A stretch of 60,667 bases of DNA, counting the filler. It is 7 parts of 7 records of this genome, joined end to end, with 100 filler letters (N's around TTAATTAATTAA, not from the genome) between each part and the next. Parts side by side here need not be neighbours in the genome. Positions count along the whole stretch, not along the records: positions 1 to 14,779 come from SRR31156797_29857; 6 more parts are not named here. The stretch is one strand, 5' to 3'. A program made the position numbers and the translations under genes. Below the pieces are notes generated by a model. It had not been told where the DNA came from and searched no databases. It saw only the letters and a list, made by a program, of their open reading frames with translations. The stretch's first letter is position 1. The number at the start of each line of letters is the position of its first letter. Shown here in pieces: positions 1 through 9,518 of this stretch.

Positions 1-225
1 AACATCGCCTGCGGCCAGATCGATATCGGCAACGCCGTCACCCCCTTGACCGAGCGCATGGCGGCGGGCGTGCCGCAGGCCAACGGCACGATGGCAACGG
101 AACCGCGCATGGATGTCGAGCACGTCGCCCGGGCCATCGTCCAGATGGCGACCCTGCCGTTGGAAACCAACGTTCAGTTCATGACCATCATGGCCACCAA
201 GATGCCCTTCCTGGGACGCGGGTAA
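1..225 (+). CDS. SDR family oxidoreductase, 3' part (truncated by window start)
   Basis: Frame 1 reads NIACGQIDIGNA...VARAIVQMATLPLETNVQFMTIMATKMPFLGRG*, a typical SDR C-terminus; TAA at 223-225. Confidence 0.8.
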   Translation, partial: NIACGQIDIGNAVTPLTERMAAGVPQANGTMATEPRMDVEHVARAIVQMATLPLETNVQFMTIMATKMPFLGRG

Positions 226-233
226 GTGTCTGT

Positions 234-848
234 CTAGGCCAGCTGCAATAGCTGCGGGGCCCGGTCGATCACCTCGTGCAGGATGCGTTCGGCGCGGTTG
301 CGGCGCTGGAGCACCTTGTCGGTGACCAGATGGCTAAGCCTGGGTTCGTGCAGTACCTTTTCGGCATCGTAAAGGGTACGAAGCTCGTGCATGAAAATAT
401 GCTTGGTGCCCATCGGCAGGAAATCCCGCTTCGACAGGATTTTGAGGAAACCGAGAGATCCTTCCAGCAGGATCGACCAGACGGCAACCGTCAGTTCGTC
501 GAATTTCTCGGCCAGTTTCAGGCGCCGGCTTTCGATCGTTTTGCTCAAGTGCCGTTCGATGATGATCAGAAACGAGATGCACTCGCTCATCTCGTCGCGG
601 AATTGGGTGTAGTCTTCGAAATTGATCGTGTCCGGTTCCTCGCCCGGGGTGTTTGTGACCTCATGGATATGCGTCACCTTGCCAAGTAGGATTTCGAGGA
701 AATGTTCGACTTCTTTGCCCGAAGTTCTGTCCTCGATGAATTTTTTCTTTTTCTTTTCCGAGTTGTTTTCTGTCAATTTATTTCCCGGTAAGTTGTTGCT
801 CCGCAAGGAGTTGTTGGGTATTTCGGAACCGGTCAAATTTTGCCACAA
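234..848 (-). CDS. Hypothetical helical protein (true start probably downstream of 848)
   Basis: 204-aa ORF with protein-like composition filling the gap between the SDR and the kinase; low-complexity N-terminus. Confidence 0.6.
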   Translation of the reverse strand: MWQNLTGSEIPNNSLRSNNLPGNKLTENNSEKKKKKFIEDRTSGKEVEHFLEILLGKVTHIHEVTNTPGEEPDTINFEDYTQFRDEMSECISFLIIIERHLSKTIESRRLKLAEKFDELTVAVWSILLEGSLGFLKILSKRDFLPMGTKHIFMHELRTLYDAEKVLHEPRLSHLVTDKVLQRRNRAERILHEVIDRAPQLLQLA

Positions 849-1003
849 GACCGGTCAATTTGTTAGCGCAAAAGGATGCCGCGGCCGAATTGTTTGCCAT
901 CGGTTATACCGGTCTGCAACCGATTTTGTAAATTCCGGCATTGATGTTAACCTTAAAATAGAAACCTGGGGCGCCGGTGAAATCGTCGGCGGACAAAGGG
1001 ACA

Positions 1004-2944
1004 ATGAAGAACCTGGGCGTCGTCTGGAAACAGGTCATTATTCTTCTGCTTGGTGCGTTCGGCGTCATTGCCGTCGTCGTGTTCAGCCTGTTCACCCTGC
1101 GTGACAGCCTGCTCGACGAACGGCGAAGCATGGCCCGCCAACAGGTCGAACTCGGCCATCGCGTCCTGATCCTTTTCAATCAATCCGAAACCGCCGGGGA
1201 TTTGAGCCGCGAACGGGCAAAAACGCAGGCCGCCGAAACGCTGCGCGCGCTCGGCATCGGCAAGCCGGAATATTTCTGGATCATCAACCGGCAATCGCAC
1301 CTGATCATGCACCCCTATCTGCCGCGGCTTGAAAATGTCCCGTTCGAAGACATCGACCATCCGGTTCTCAGTGCGGCGATTTCGGCCATTCTCGAAACGG
1401 TAAACCGTAGCGGTGACGGTTTCGTCGACTATTTCTTCGACAAACCGGGTACGGACGAGGTCGAATACAAGGTCTCCTACGTCGTGCATTTTGAGCCCTG
1501 GGATTGGATTCTCGGTGCCGGCGTCTATGTCGACGATGTCCAGGCCTCGTTCCTGCGGACGGCTTGGATCACGGGCGGCGTCTCGGTCGTCGTGCTGGCA
1601 CTGGTTCTCGTCGGCTCCATTTTTCTTAGCCGGTCGGTAACCGGACCGCTGACGCAGGTGGCCACCGGCCTGCGGCGCCTGTCCGAAGGCGACAGCGCTG
1701 TTGAAATTCCGGCCACCGACCGGCATGACGAACTGGGCGACCTGGTTCGCGCCATGGGTGCTTTCCATGAAAGCCTGAAGGAGCGACAGCGTCTGGTCCG
1801 GGAACTGGAAGATCGTAATCAGGTTCTCGCCGAAAGCGAGGCCCGCTTCCGCGATCTGGCCGAGCTTTTGCCCGAAACCATCATGGAAGTCGACGACAAG
1901 GGCAGGGTCATCTATGCCAACCGGGCCGCCTTTTCGGCTTTCGGCCGGCCGGAGAGCGACCTAATGGAAGGCATCTCGGTATTCGATCTGTTCGATCCGC
2001 GCGACCACCAGCGGATCGTACGGAACGTCGGCCGGATCATGGCCGGTGAGGTTCTCGGCGCCAACGAATACCTGGCCCGCCGGCCCGACGGCGAGACCTT
2101 CTCGGTTCTTATCCGTTCGGTGGCGATCATCCGCGATGGACGGCCCGCGGGTTTGCGGGGGATCGTGTTCGACATTACGGAACGGATCGCCGCCGAAAAA
2201 CGTGAACTCGGCCTGCGCAACGAAATCGCTCACATTTCCCGCCTCAGCACCATGGGCGAAATGGCGGCCGGTTTCGCCCACGAACTCAACCAGCCGCTGG
2301 CGGCCATTCGCAATTACGCGCGCGGTTGCCTTCGCCGGCTTGAATCCGGCGAAACCGACGCTGCGGCTTTCGAAACGGCGATGGCGAGGATCAGCGACGA
2401 ATCGTCCCGGGCCGGCAAGATCATCCGACGGATCCGCGACTTCGTCCGCAAACGCAAACCCGAAAACGTGCTTTTCGACATGAAGGAACTGATCCTCGAC
2501 GTTATCGAATTGCAGGCCAGCGAAATGCGCCACGCCTCGGTCGATATCGATGTTGCGGTCGAGGACGGGTTGCCCAACGTGCTTGGCGATCCGATCACCA
2601 TTCGCCAGATCCTGCTCAATCTCGTGCGCAATGCGGTCGAGGTTCTCGGCAACTGGGACGGCGATATCCGCCGTATCCGGGTCAGTGCCAATCGCTCGGC
2701 CGACCGTTGGATCAAGGTGGCGGTTGCCGATACCGGGCCGGGCATTCCGGATGATCTGCTCGGCCGGGTGTTCGATCCCTTCTTTTCGACCAAGGAGAAC
2801 GGAACCGGCATGGGTCTTTCGATCTGTCGGACCATCGTCGAGGCCCATGGCGGGCGGTTGGAAGTCGAAGCCTCGGCCGAAGGCGGCGCCTGTTTCTGGT
2901 TCCGTCTTCCGATCGAGGCTGGGTCCGAAAAACCCGCGACTTGA
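1004..2944 (+). CDS. Sensor histidine kinase (TM-Cache-TM-HAMP-PAS-HisKA-HATPase)
   Basis: YFWI...MHP Cache motif, DELGDL HAMP, H-box AHELNQPL, NLVRNA, DTGPG, FFSTK, GTGMGLSI; ATG at 1004 follows AAGGGA. Confidence 0.93.
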   Translation: MKNLGVVWKQVIILLLGAFGVIAVVVFSLFTLRDSLLDERRSMARQQVELGHRVLILFNQSETAGDLSRERAKTQAAETLRALGIGKPEYFWIINRQSHLIMHPYLPRLENVPFEDIDHPVLSAAISAILETVNRSGDGFVDYFFDKPGTDEVEYKVSYVVHFEPWDWILGAGVYVDDVQASFLRTAWITGGVSVVVLALVLVGSIFLSRSVTGPLTQVATGLRRLSEGDSAVEIPATDRHDELGDLVRAMGAFHESLKERQRLVRELEDRNQVLAESEARFRDLAELLPETIMEVDDKGRVIYANRAAFSAFGRPESDLMEGISVFDLFDPRDHQRIVRNVGRIMAGEVLGANEYLARRPDGETFSVLIRSVAIIRDGRPAGLRGIVFDITERIAAEKRELGLRNEIAHISRLSTMGEMAAGFAHELNQPLAAIRNYARGCLRRLESGETDAAAFETAMARISDESSRAGKIIRRIRDFVRKRKPENVLFDMKELILDVIELQASEMRHASVDIDVAVEDGLPNVLGDPITIRQILLNLVRNAVEVLGNWDGDIRRIRVSANRSADRWIKVAVADTGPGIPDDLLGRVFDPFFSTKENGTGMGLSICRTIVEAHGGRLEVEASAEGGACFWFRLPIEAGSEKPAT

Positions 2945-2971
2945 AAATCCAGACAAGGGAATATGCGTATC

Positions 2972-3454
2972 ATGGCTCAATGCCCCTGCGGTTCCGGCTC
3001 CGACTTCGAGGAATGCTGCGGCCCGATCATCGGCGGAACGCCGGCACCAACTCCGGAAGCGCTGATGCGTTCCCGCTTCACGGCGTTCGTCCGCGGCGAC
3101 CTCGACCACATTGAAAACACCCATGCCAGCGAGGTGCGGGAAAATTTCAACCGCTCGGCGGCCGAAAGCACCGCCAACTCGGTCGATTGGGTCAGCCTCG
3201 AGATCTGCGATGTCGCCGCCGGCGGCGAGGACGACGACACCGGCATCGTGGAATTCGCGGCGCGCTTCAAAAAGGATGGCGAGTTGCAGGTCCATCACGA
3301 ACGATCGAATTTCCGACGCGAAGACGGTCGCTGGGTCTATGTCGACGGCAAGATGAACCCGAAGGGCAAACCGCGCCAGGTCGACAAGGTCGGGCGCAAC
3401 GAGCCATGCCCGTGCGGGTCCGGCAAAAAGTTCAAGAAATGTTGCGGAGCCTGA
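2972..3454 (+). CDS. ychJ: YchJ-family SEC-C motif protein
   Basis: N-terminal [31 protein letters not shown]-terminal [18 protein letters not shown]. Confidence 0.92.
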   Translation: MAQCPCGSGSDFEECCGPIIGGTPAPTPEALMRSRFTAFVRGDLDHIENTHASEVRENFNRSAAESTANSVDWVSLEICDVAAGGEDDDTGIVEFAARFKKDGELQVHHERSNFRREDGRWVYVDGKMNPKGKPRQVDKVGRNEPCPCGSGKKFKKCCGA

Positions 3455-3463
3455 GGCAAATCC

Positions 3464-4228
3464 ATGGAACAGCGTTTCTCTTGCACCGCGTGCGGTAAGT
3501 GCTGCCACGGTTTGCTGCCGCTGACCATCGACGACGCCCTGGCCCATGCCGACAAATTCCCGCTGGTCGTGATCTGGACGCCGGTGCGCCAGGGCGGGCG
3601 CTCGTTCGACATCACCGCCGAACTGGGGATCACAATCCAGCTCAAGAAACGCAAGCTGGCCGCCGTGCAAATCGCGCCGACGGCATACCTGCCGCCGGCT
3701 TTTCCCTGTCCCGAACTGACTGAAGAGGGACTTTGCGGCATTCATGCCGAGAAGCCTCAACGGTGCCGCACCATGCCGTTCTCGGCCTATCGGGACGAGA
3801 CGGATCAGGCCGATCTGCTGATTCCCCGAACCGGTTGGGTCTGCGACACCTCACCCGAGGCACCGCTCGTATATCGGGATAAAAAAATCCTCGATCGGGA
3901 AGACTTCGATGTCGAACGCCAACGGCTCGTCCGGGATGCGGCTATCTTGAAGCCATACGCCGAGTGGCTGCTCGATAGCGTGCCGTCGCTTGATCGGGAA
4001 CTTCGCAAGGTCGCCATGAATCCAAGCGGCGGTCGGGTTCTGGTCGCCTTCTCGACCCTTATTCCCCGGCTTCCAAAGGTCGACATTTACGCCTTTGCCG
4101 AACAACAGCTTCCGGTCATGGAGGCTTTCGCCGCAAAAACCGCGGGCGATCCGGGTCTGGCGGATTTCCATAGACGCTATGCCGATGGCGCGGCGGAATG
4201 GGCAAAGGTCAGGTGCAGCAGGTCATAG
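3464..4228 (+). CDS. YkgJ-family cysteine cluster (CxxCxxCC) protein
   Basis: FSCTACGKCC, CPEL....LCGIHAEKPQRCRTMPF. Confidence 0.85.
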   Translation: MEQRFSCTACGKCCHGLLPLTIDDALAHADKFPLVVIWTPVRQGGRSFDITAELGITIQLKKRKLAAVQIAPTAYLPPAFPCPELTEEGLCGIHAEKPQRCRTMPFSAYRDETDQADLLIPRTGWVCDTSPEAPLVYRDKKILDREDFDVERQRLVRDAAILKPYAEWLLDSVPSLDRELRKVAMNPSGGRVLVAFSTLIPRLPKVDIYAFAEQQLPVMEAFAAKTAGDPGLADFHRRYADGAAEWAKVRCSRS

Positions 4229-4321
4229 GGGCGGGCCGCTTCCAATGCTTGTAGGTTTTCGTTAACATTAGAAACCGTTTTCACACTATTCGCGAAATAT
4301 CAGTGAACGAGGGGTCGGAAC

Positions 4322-4414
4322 ATGGCAGGCAAAAAAGCGAAGAAAATTATCGAGAAGCAAAAAAAAGTCATTAAGAAGGCAAAAAAGACGATCAAAAAGG
4401 CTAAGAAATCCTAA
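4322..4414 (+). CDS. Unannotated 30-aa lysine-rich peptide
   Basis: ATG..TAA reads MAGKKAKKIIEKQKKVIKKAKKTIKKAKKS; GAGGGG Shine-Dalgarno just upstream. Confidence 0.6.
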   Translation: MAGKKAKKIIEKQKKVIKKAKKTIKKAKKS

Positions 4415-4551
4415 TTTTTAATTTCCGGTTTTTTGGAAGCGCACAATTCGAAGGCCGCCTGTTTCAGGCAGCCTTTTGCCTTGCATTGAATATCGCCGGA
4501 GGTTGAATTCCTGACGTGCAGTCCCACCTGCCAAGGGTGGGGAACGACGTC

Positions 4552-5004
4552 ATGCTGTGTGCGATCTGCCAAACCGAAAACCGCGAAGGCCGGCGCTTCT
4601 GTGGCGAGTGCGGAGCGCCGCTTGCTCTGGCCTGCGCGCAATGCGATTTTGCCAACGAACCCGGCGAGAAGTTCTGCGGCGGCTGCGGATCGTTGCTGGC
4701 GTCGGGACCCGGACCGGCACCGAGAGCGCAAACGGCGAAACCGCCGTCGGCCGAGCGCCGTCAGCTTACCGTCATGTTCTGCGATCTGGTCGGTTCGACG
4801 GCGCTGTCCCAGCTCTACGATCCCGAAGAACTGCGCGAAGTCATCGGTGACTTCCAGTCGGTCTGTGCCGCCGCCATCGCGCGTGGCGGCCGCGATCCCG
4901 ATCTGTTGAACGAACTGAAGGATTTGCGCGATCGCGCCGCCGGTATCGGATTGATGGCGGCGGTGCCGACCCTCGACGCGGCGCTTTCCGAGGCCAAGGA
5001 ATAG
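4552..5004 (+). pseudogene. Internally deleted double-zinc-ribbon / class III adenylate cyclase gene
   Basis: Four CxxC motifs, then [16 protein letters not shown] (start of cyclase domain); the domain breaks off before the GD motif and ends in a short helical tail. Confidence 0.7.
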
Positions 5005-5082
5005 GAACCGGCACCGACAGCGCGGCCCCGGCATGGTCCCTCGACTTGGTTTTTTCCATCCGCCATCCTATCTTTCGCAGTC

Positions 5083-5526
5083 ATGGACATACATGTCGAC
5101 AAGACCGATCCGAAACCGCCATCGGAAATTTCCGAAACCGTCCCGGAAAGACCACGCGGCTGGCGGATCGGCTTTTTCCTGTTGGGCTGGCTGTTTTTCG
5201 GCATCGGCGCGATCGGCGCCGTTTTGCCGGTGCTGCCGACGACGCCGTTCATGATCCTGGCGCTGTGGGCCTTCGCCCGCAGCTCACGGCGTTTTCACAC
5301 CTGGCTCTATACCCACCGGATTTTCGGTCCGCCGTTGCAGCGATGGACCGAACATCGGGTGGTGCCGACGCACGCCAAGATCGTCGCCGTCACCGCCATG
5401 ACGGCCAGCCTGGTTTACCTGATCTGGTTTTCCGACGTGCCCGGCTACGCGATTGCCCTGACCGCCATCGTCATGGCCGGCGCCGCCGCCTACGTGCTGA
5501 CCCGACCGGGCCGGGCGCCGGGCTGA
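5083..5526 (+). CDS. YbaN/DUF454 family inner membrane protein
   Basis: GAVLPVLPTTPF.ILA.W.F.RSS.RFH.WL..H..FGP signature. Confidence 0.9.
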   Translation: MDIHVDKTDPKPPSEISETVPERPRGWRIGFFLLGWLFFGIGAIGAVLPVLPTTPFMILALWAFARSSRRFHTWLYTHRIFGPPLQRWTEHRVVPTHAKIVAVTAMTASLVYLIWFSDVPGYAIALTAIVMAGAAAYVLTRPGRAPG

Positions 5527-5775
5527 ACGCCCACCTGTCGGCGGAGTTTTCCGTATCACGGATAACCCGCAAAGGCAGTTTTTTCGGCCTTCCGCATAAA
5601 CTAACGATATCTTTTTTTTCTGCGATCTCCGCTTTTAACGTAGATAAAGTGCTCAATCACAAACATTTTATCCGGCGGGGGTATGCAACACATGCGGGCG
5701 TTTTGCGCGCGTCGTTGCCTTGGCCGGAGCGGTACGGGCCGACCGACGATAGCCGGCCCGCTGCCATTCGGGCGA

Positions 5776-7098
5776 CTATTTCGAAACCACTGCCGGGTCG
5801 GCCGTCACCGCGCCCTTGACGATGAGCACGGCATTGGCGGCGCCGGTGATGCCGAAGTCGTTATCGTTGATGATCGCCAAGCTGCCGTCGCCGAGCACGG
5901 CGACGCCCTCCAGCTTGGTCGGCGCCTGCTTGGCGTCGCGGAAGGTATCGAAGCGCAACGTCTTGGCGACCGGCACGATGCCGGTGCCCGACAGGTCGTT
6001 GCTCTGTTCCAGGCTCGGCGCCGTCGCCACGTCGTCCCAGCGGCTGCCCAGGATGTTGGTAGCGCCGTCAAGCGCGATCTCGTGCAGCTTGGTGGTCTTG
6101 TTGGTGCGCTCCAGCACCAAAAGGCGGTCCATGCCGATGGCGGTCAGTTCGGAAATGCGCGGCGCGTTCTGGGCCTTGGTGTCGTCGAAGCCGAAGGTAT
6201 CCGGCGTATCCAACTGGTAAACGTATTCGCCGATAAGTTTGCCCTTGGCCCGGTCCATCTTGAAGACCCGGGTGTTGCGGGCCGCCTTGTAGGCGGCGGC
6301 GTCGGGATTGGCGAGCGGGTTCTGGACCATGAAATAGAGAAACTTCTCGTCCGGCGAGACGGCCATCGATTCGATGCCGCGGTTGCCCTGTCGCTTCGAC
6401 AGGATGGCCGGCAGCGAAGCGGTGATGCGGGTGTCGGCATCCTTGTAATCGCCCGCCGCATCGGCCGGGACGAAGCGTTCGACGATGCGGCCGTCGGCGG
6501 CGACGCGCAGGATCGACGGGCCCATTTCCTCGCCGATCCAGAAGCTGCCGTCGGTGATCTTGACGATCCCTTCGGCGTCGACGGTGTCGGCGTCATAGGC
6601 CAGCCGTTTTCCCGCGGCATCGATGGCGGTGTCGGTGGCGGCCGCCGTCTGCGGATTGAGCAGCCCGGTGATCGGCATGCCGGAGGCGGTTTTCAGGGCG
6701 ATCACGTCCTTGATCGCGAAGGTGCCGCTTTCGCGGTCCAGGACCAAGCGGTAGATCGACGGCGTATAATCCGGGGTCGGATAGAAACGCGCCTTCTTGA
6801 TGTCCTTGCACAACGCCTGGCTTTCCTCGCCGATGATCTTTTTGGCGGCGGCGCAGGTGAAATTCGGCCCGCGGTCGGAAACCGTGTAGATGACATCGGA
6901 CGGATCGGCCGGATGGCGGTAGGCGCCCGATCCCAGCCCGACGGTGAAACTTGCCGACTTGCCGCTCGGATAGGTGACGGTGCGCCAGGCGTTCAGCGGA
7001 TCGTCGGTGGTCAAGGTCGTTACGTCCATGGCGCTGGCCGCGCCGGCGGCAAGCGCAACCAGGGCGCCGGCCAGTATCGATGCCGTATTGCGCATCAT
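5776..7098 (-). CDS. Secreted phytase-like esterase (beta-propeller)
   Basis: Signal peptide, SDRGPN, DAEG, NRGIES, LVLER, KLEG, NDNDFG motifs. Confidence 0.85.
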   Translation of the reverse strand: MMRNTASILAGALVALAAGAASAMDVTTLTTDDPLNAWRTVTYPSGKSASFTVGLGSGAYRHPADPSDVIYTVSDRGPNFTCAAAKKIIGEESQALCKDIKKARFYPTPDYTPSIYRLVLDRESGTFAIKDVIALKTASGMPITGLLNPQTAAATDTAIDAAGKRLAYDADTVDAEGIVKITDGSFWIGEEMGPSILRVAADGRIVERFVPADAAGDYKDADTRITASLPAILSKRQGNRGIESMAVSPDEKFLYFMVQNPLANPDAAAYKAARNTRVFKMDRAKGKLIGEYVYQLDTPDTFGFDDTKAQNAPRISELTAIGMDRLLVLERTNKTTKLHEIALDGATNILGSRWDDVATAPSLEQSNDLSGTGIVPVAKTLRFDTFRDAKQAPTKLEGVAVLGDGSLAIINDNDFGITGAANAVLIVKGAVTADPAVVSK

Positions 7099-7154
7099 CG
7101 AAATCCCCTCCAATTCGGAATGATAGTCAAGATCCCGAATCTTGCGCGGCTTGT

Positions 7155-7194
7155 GTTACCGCCGCATGTGCAAACGATGACACGTCCGTGACAG
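7155..7194 (-). promoter_or_regulatory. Tandem Pho boxes (PhoB sites)
   Basis: Minus strand CTGTCAC-N4-GTGTCAT-N4-TGCACAT-N4-CGGTAAC, exact 11-bp period, about 57 nt upstream of the phytase-like ATG. Confidence 0.75.
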
Positions 7195-7384
7195 GGGCGG
7201 AGCCCCCCCCGGGGGGCACTCCGGGATCAGTGAAATTGCGGCCGGAGGAACCGTCACGGCGATTGAGGTTGCCGCCGTCATGGCGCTATGTTGCTCCGGG
7301 CTGTCCATTGACGACCCGGGCTTTTGCCGTGTCGCAAAACAGGCGTCTTTCCGGACAGCTAACAAAAACAAGGAGGAACAATCC

Positions 7385-8095
7385 ATGACCGAACGCACAC
7401 CCCTGGTCCTGCTTCCCGGACTGATCTGTGATCACGCGCAATGGCGCCACCAGGTCGAAACCCTGAGCGATATCGCCGAACCGATCGTCGCCGATTTGAC
7501 CGGTTTCGACGATCCGAAGATTGCGGTGCAGACGCTTCTGAAAGATCTGCCGGATCGGTTCGCGCTGGCCGGGCTTTCGCTCGGCGGCTACCTGGCCTTC
7601 GAATTCATGCGCCAGGCCCCAGAACGTGTCATCCGCCTGGCCGTGCTCGACACCACGGCCCAGGAGGATTCTCCCGAAAAGAAGGAACAGCGCCAGGGTT
7701 TCGCCGACCAGGCCTTCAAGGACGATTTCGACATCCGGGCGGTCACACAGCACATGATGACGCTGTTCATCCATGAGGACCGCCAGTCCGACACGGCACT
7801 GGTCGACGACATTCTCGCCATGGCCGAGCGGTTCGGGCGCGAGGCCTTCGCACGCAACCAGTTGCTGATGATGAAGCGGCCCGACAGCCGCCCCGATCTT
7901 GGCGCCATCACCTGCCCGACCCTGGTGCTGTGCGGCCGTCAGGACGCGCTGACGCCGCTCGATCAGAACGTCGAGATCGCGGCCGGGATTCCAAATTCCA
8001 CCCTGGTCGTCATCGAGGACTGCGGCCATCTCTCGACGATGGAACAGCCGCACGCCGTCAGCGCCGTGTTTCGCTACTGGCTGGGTGCGAAATAG
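7385..8095 (+). CDS. Alpha/beta fold hydrolase
   Basis: LLPGL, GLSLGG nucleophile elbow, D in RQDALT, H in CGHLS; AAGGAGG RBS before ATG 7385. Confidence 0.9.
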   Translation: MTERTPLVLLPGLICDHAQWRHQVETLSDIAEPIVADLTGFDDPKIAVQTLLKDLPDRFALAGLSLGGYLAFEFMRQAPERVIRLAVLDTTAQEDSPEKKEQRQGFADQAFKDDFDIRAVTQHMMTLFIHEDRQSDTALVDDILAMAERFGREAFARNQLLMMKRPDSRPDLGAITCPTLVLCGRQDALTPLDQNVEIAAGIPNSTLVVIEDCGHLSTMEQPHAVSAVFRYWLGAK

Positions 8096-8192
8096 GGGAT
8101 TTCGACGGGATCGGCCTGGCGCCGCAGACTTGGCGAGCCGGGCCGGTTCCCCGTATCATTGCAGCAAGATATCCGATGAAGGACCGAATCCC

Positions 8193-8852
8193 ATGACCAG
8201 GACCGCATTGGTAACCGGCGGCAACCGCGGCATCGGTGCCGCCGTCGCTGCCGGGCTGGCGAAAGACGGCCACCGCGTGATCATTGGGGCCCGCAACGAA
8301 GAAGCCGGCAAGAAGGCAGCCGCCAATATCGGCGCCGAATCGATCGGGCTCGACGTCGCCGATCCGGCTTCCATCGATGCCGCCATGGAAACCATCGGTC
8401 CCATCGACATCCTTATCAACAACGCCGGCGTGCTCCATAAACGGCCGATGATCGACCATCCGGCCGATTTCGACGAAAGCCTCGCCGTCATGCTGCACGG
8501 ACCCTACCGCCTGATCCGCGCCTGCGTGCCGGCGATGGAAAAGAACGGCTTCGGGCGCATCGTCAATGTCTCGTCCGGCTGGGGATCGTTTGAGTCCGGC
8601 CTTGAAGGACCGGGCGCCTACGGTGTCGCCAAGGCGGCGCTGAATGCGCTCACCCTGGCGTTGTCGCGCGAGGTGCCGAAAACGATCAAGATCAATGCCG
8701 TTTGTCCGGGCTGGGTACGCACCCGCATGGGCGGCATGATCGCGACCCGGTCCGTCAGCAAGGGGGCCGAGGGCATCCTCTGGCTGGCCGCCCTGCCGGA
8801 CGACGGCCCGACCGGCGGTTTCTTCCGGGACGGAAAACGGATCGCCTGGTAG
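8193..8852 (+). CDS. SDR family oxidoreductase (carbonyl reductase-like)
   Basis: TGGNRGIG, NNAG, VNVSS, YGVAK, CPGWVRTRMGG. Confidence 0.93.
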   Translation: MTRTALVTGGNRGIGAAVAAGLAKDGHRVIIGARNEEAGKKAAANIGAESIGLDVADPASIDAAMETIGPIDILINNAGVLHKRPMIDHPADFDESLAVMLHGPYRLIRACVPAMEKNGFGRIVNVSSGWGSFESGLEGPGAYGVAKAALNALTLALSREVPKTIKINAVCPGWVRTRMGGMIATRSVSKGAEGILWLAALPDDGPTGGFFRDGKRIAW

Positions 8853-8862
8853 GAGGCGTGAT

Positions 8863-9462
8863 TTATTCGGGCGATGCGTCCTTGGCCAGGGCTGCAGCGT
8901 GGGCCGGGCGGGCGGTGCAGCGCGCCAGATAGTCGTCGACCGTTCGGCCTTCCGGCAGCATGCCGCGCATGAACAGCCCCAGGCTGGCAAGCAGGATATC
9001 GGCGCCGGAGAAATTTTCGCCGGCGATGAAGGCATGCGCGGCCAGGGCGTCCGCGATGCGTTTGTCCATTTCAGCCCGGCCGCGGAAGGTGCGCCACAGG
9101 CCTTCGTTGTCGGCCAGGCCGAGCATCTCGAAATGCACCACCGGTTCGATGACGCCGGCGTAATAGGCCAGCCACGAAAGGTACGGCCCGCGGTCCGGAT
9201 GGCCGACCGGTGCGCCGATGCCGGCATCGGGAAACAGGTCGGTCAGATACAGCGCGATGGCCGCCGATTCGAAAATCAGCACCCCGTCGTGGTCCAGCGT
9301 CGGCACCTTTTTTTCCGGGTGCGGGTTGGCGGCGTCGGGCGCGCCGCTGCCGTCCTGGCGCGGCACGTTGACATAGGCGATCTCATAGGTCGCGCCGAGT
9401 TCTTCCAACAGCCAGACAATGCGCGACGAACGCGAACTGGGCGCGTGATAAAGCGTCAGCAT
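8863..9462 (-). CDS. Glutathione S-transferase family protein
   Basis: LYHAPSSRS.RI.WLLEELG, KVPTL, ESAAI..YL, FSGADI. Confidence 0.93.
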   Translation of the reverse strand: MLTLYHAPSSRSSRIVWLLEELGATYEIAYVNVPRQDGSGAPDAANPHPEKKVPTLDHDGVLIFESAAIALYLTDLFPDAGIGAPVGHPDRGPYLSWLAYYAGVIEPVVHFEMLGLADNEGLWRTFRGRAEMDKRIADALAAHAFIAGENFSGADILLASLGLFMRGMLPEGRTVDDYLARCTARPAHAAALAKDASPE

Positions 9463-9518
9463 GGCGGTACCCCTCCCTGAGCAACCGGCCGACTGTAACA
9501 CGGGTTGCCGCGCGTGGG

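Noticed and set aside
1961-3760. 599-aa minus-strand ORF
   Set aside because: Antisense shadow of the kinase, ychJ and YkgJ genes in GC-rich DNA; no motifs
5683-7191. 502-aa plus-strand ORF
   Set aside because: Antisense shadow of the phytase-like gene
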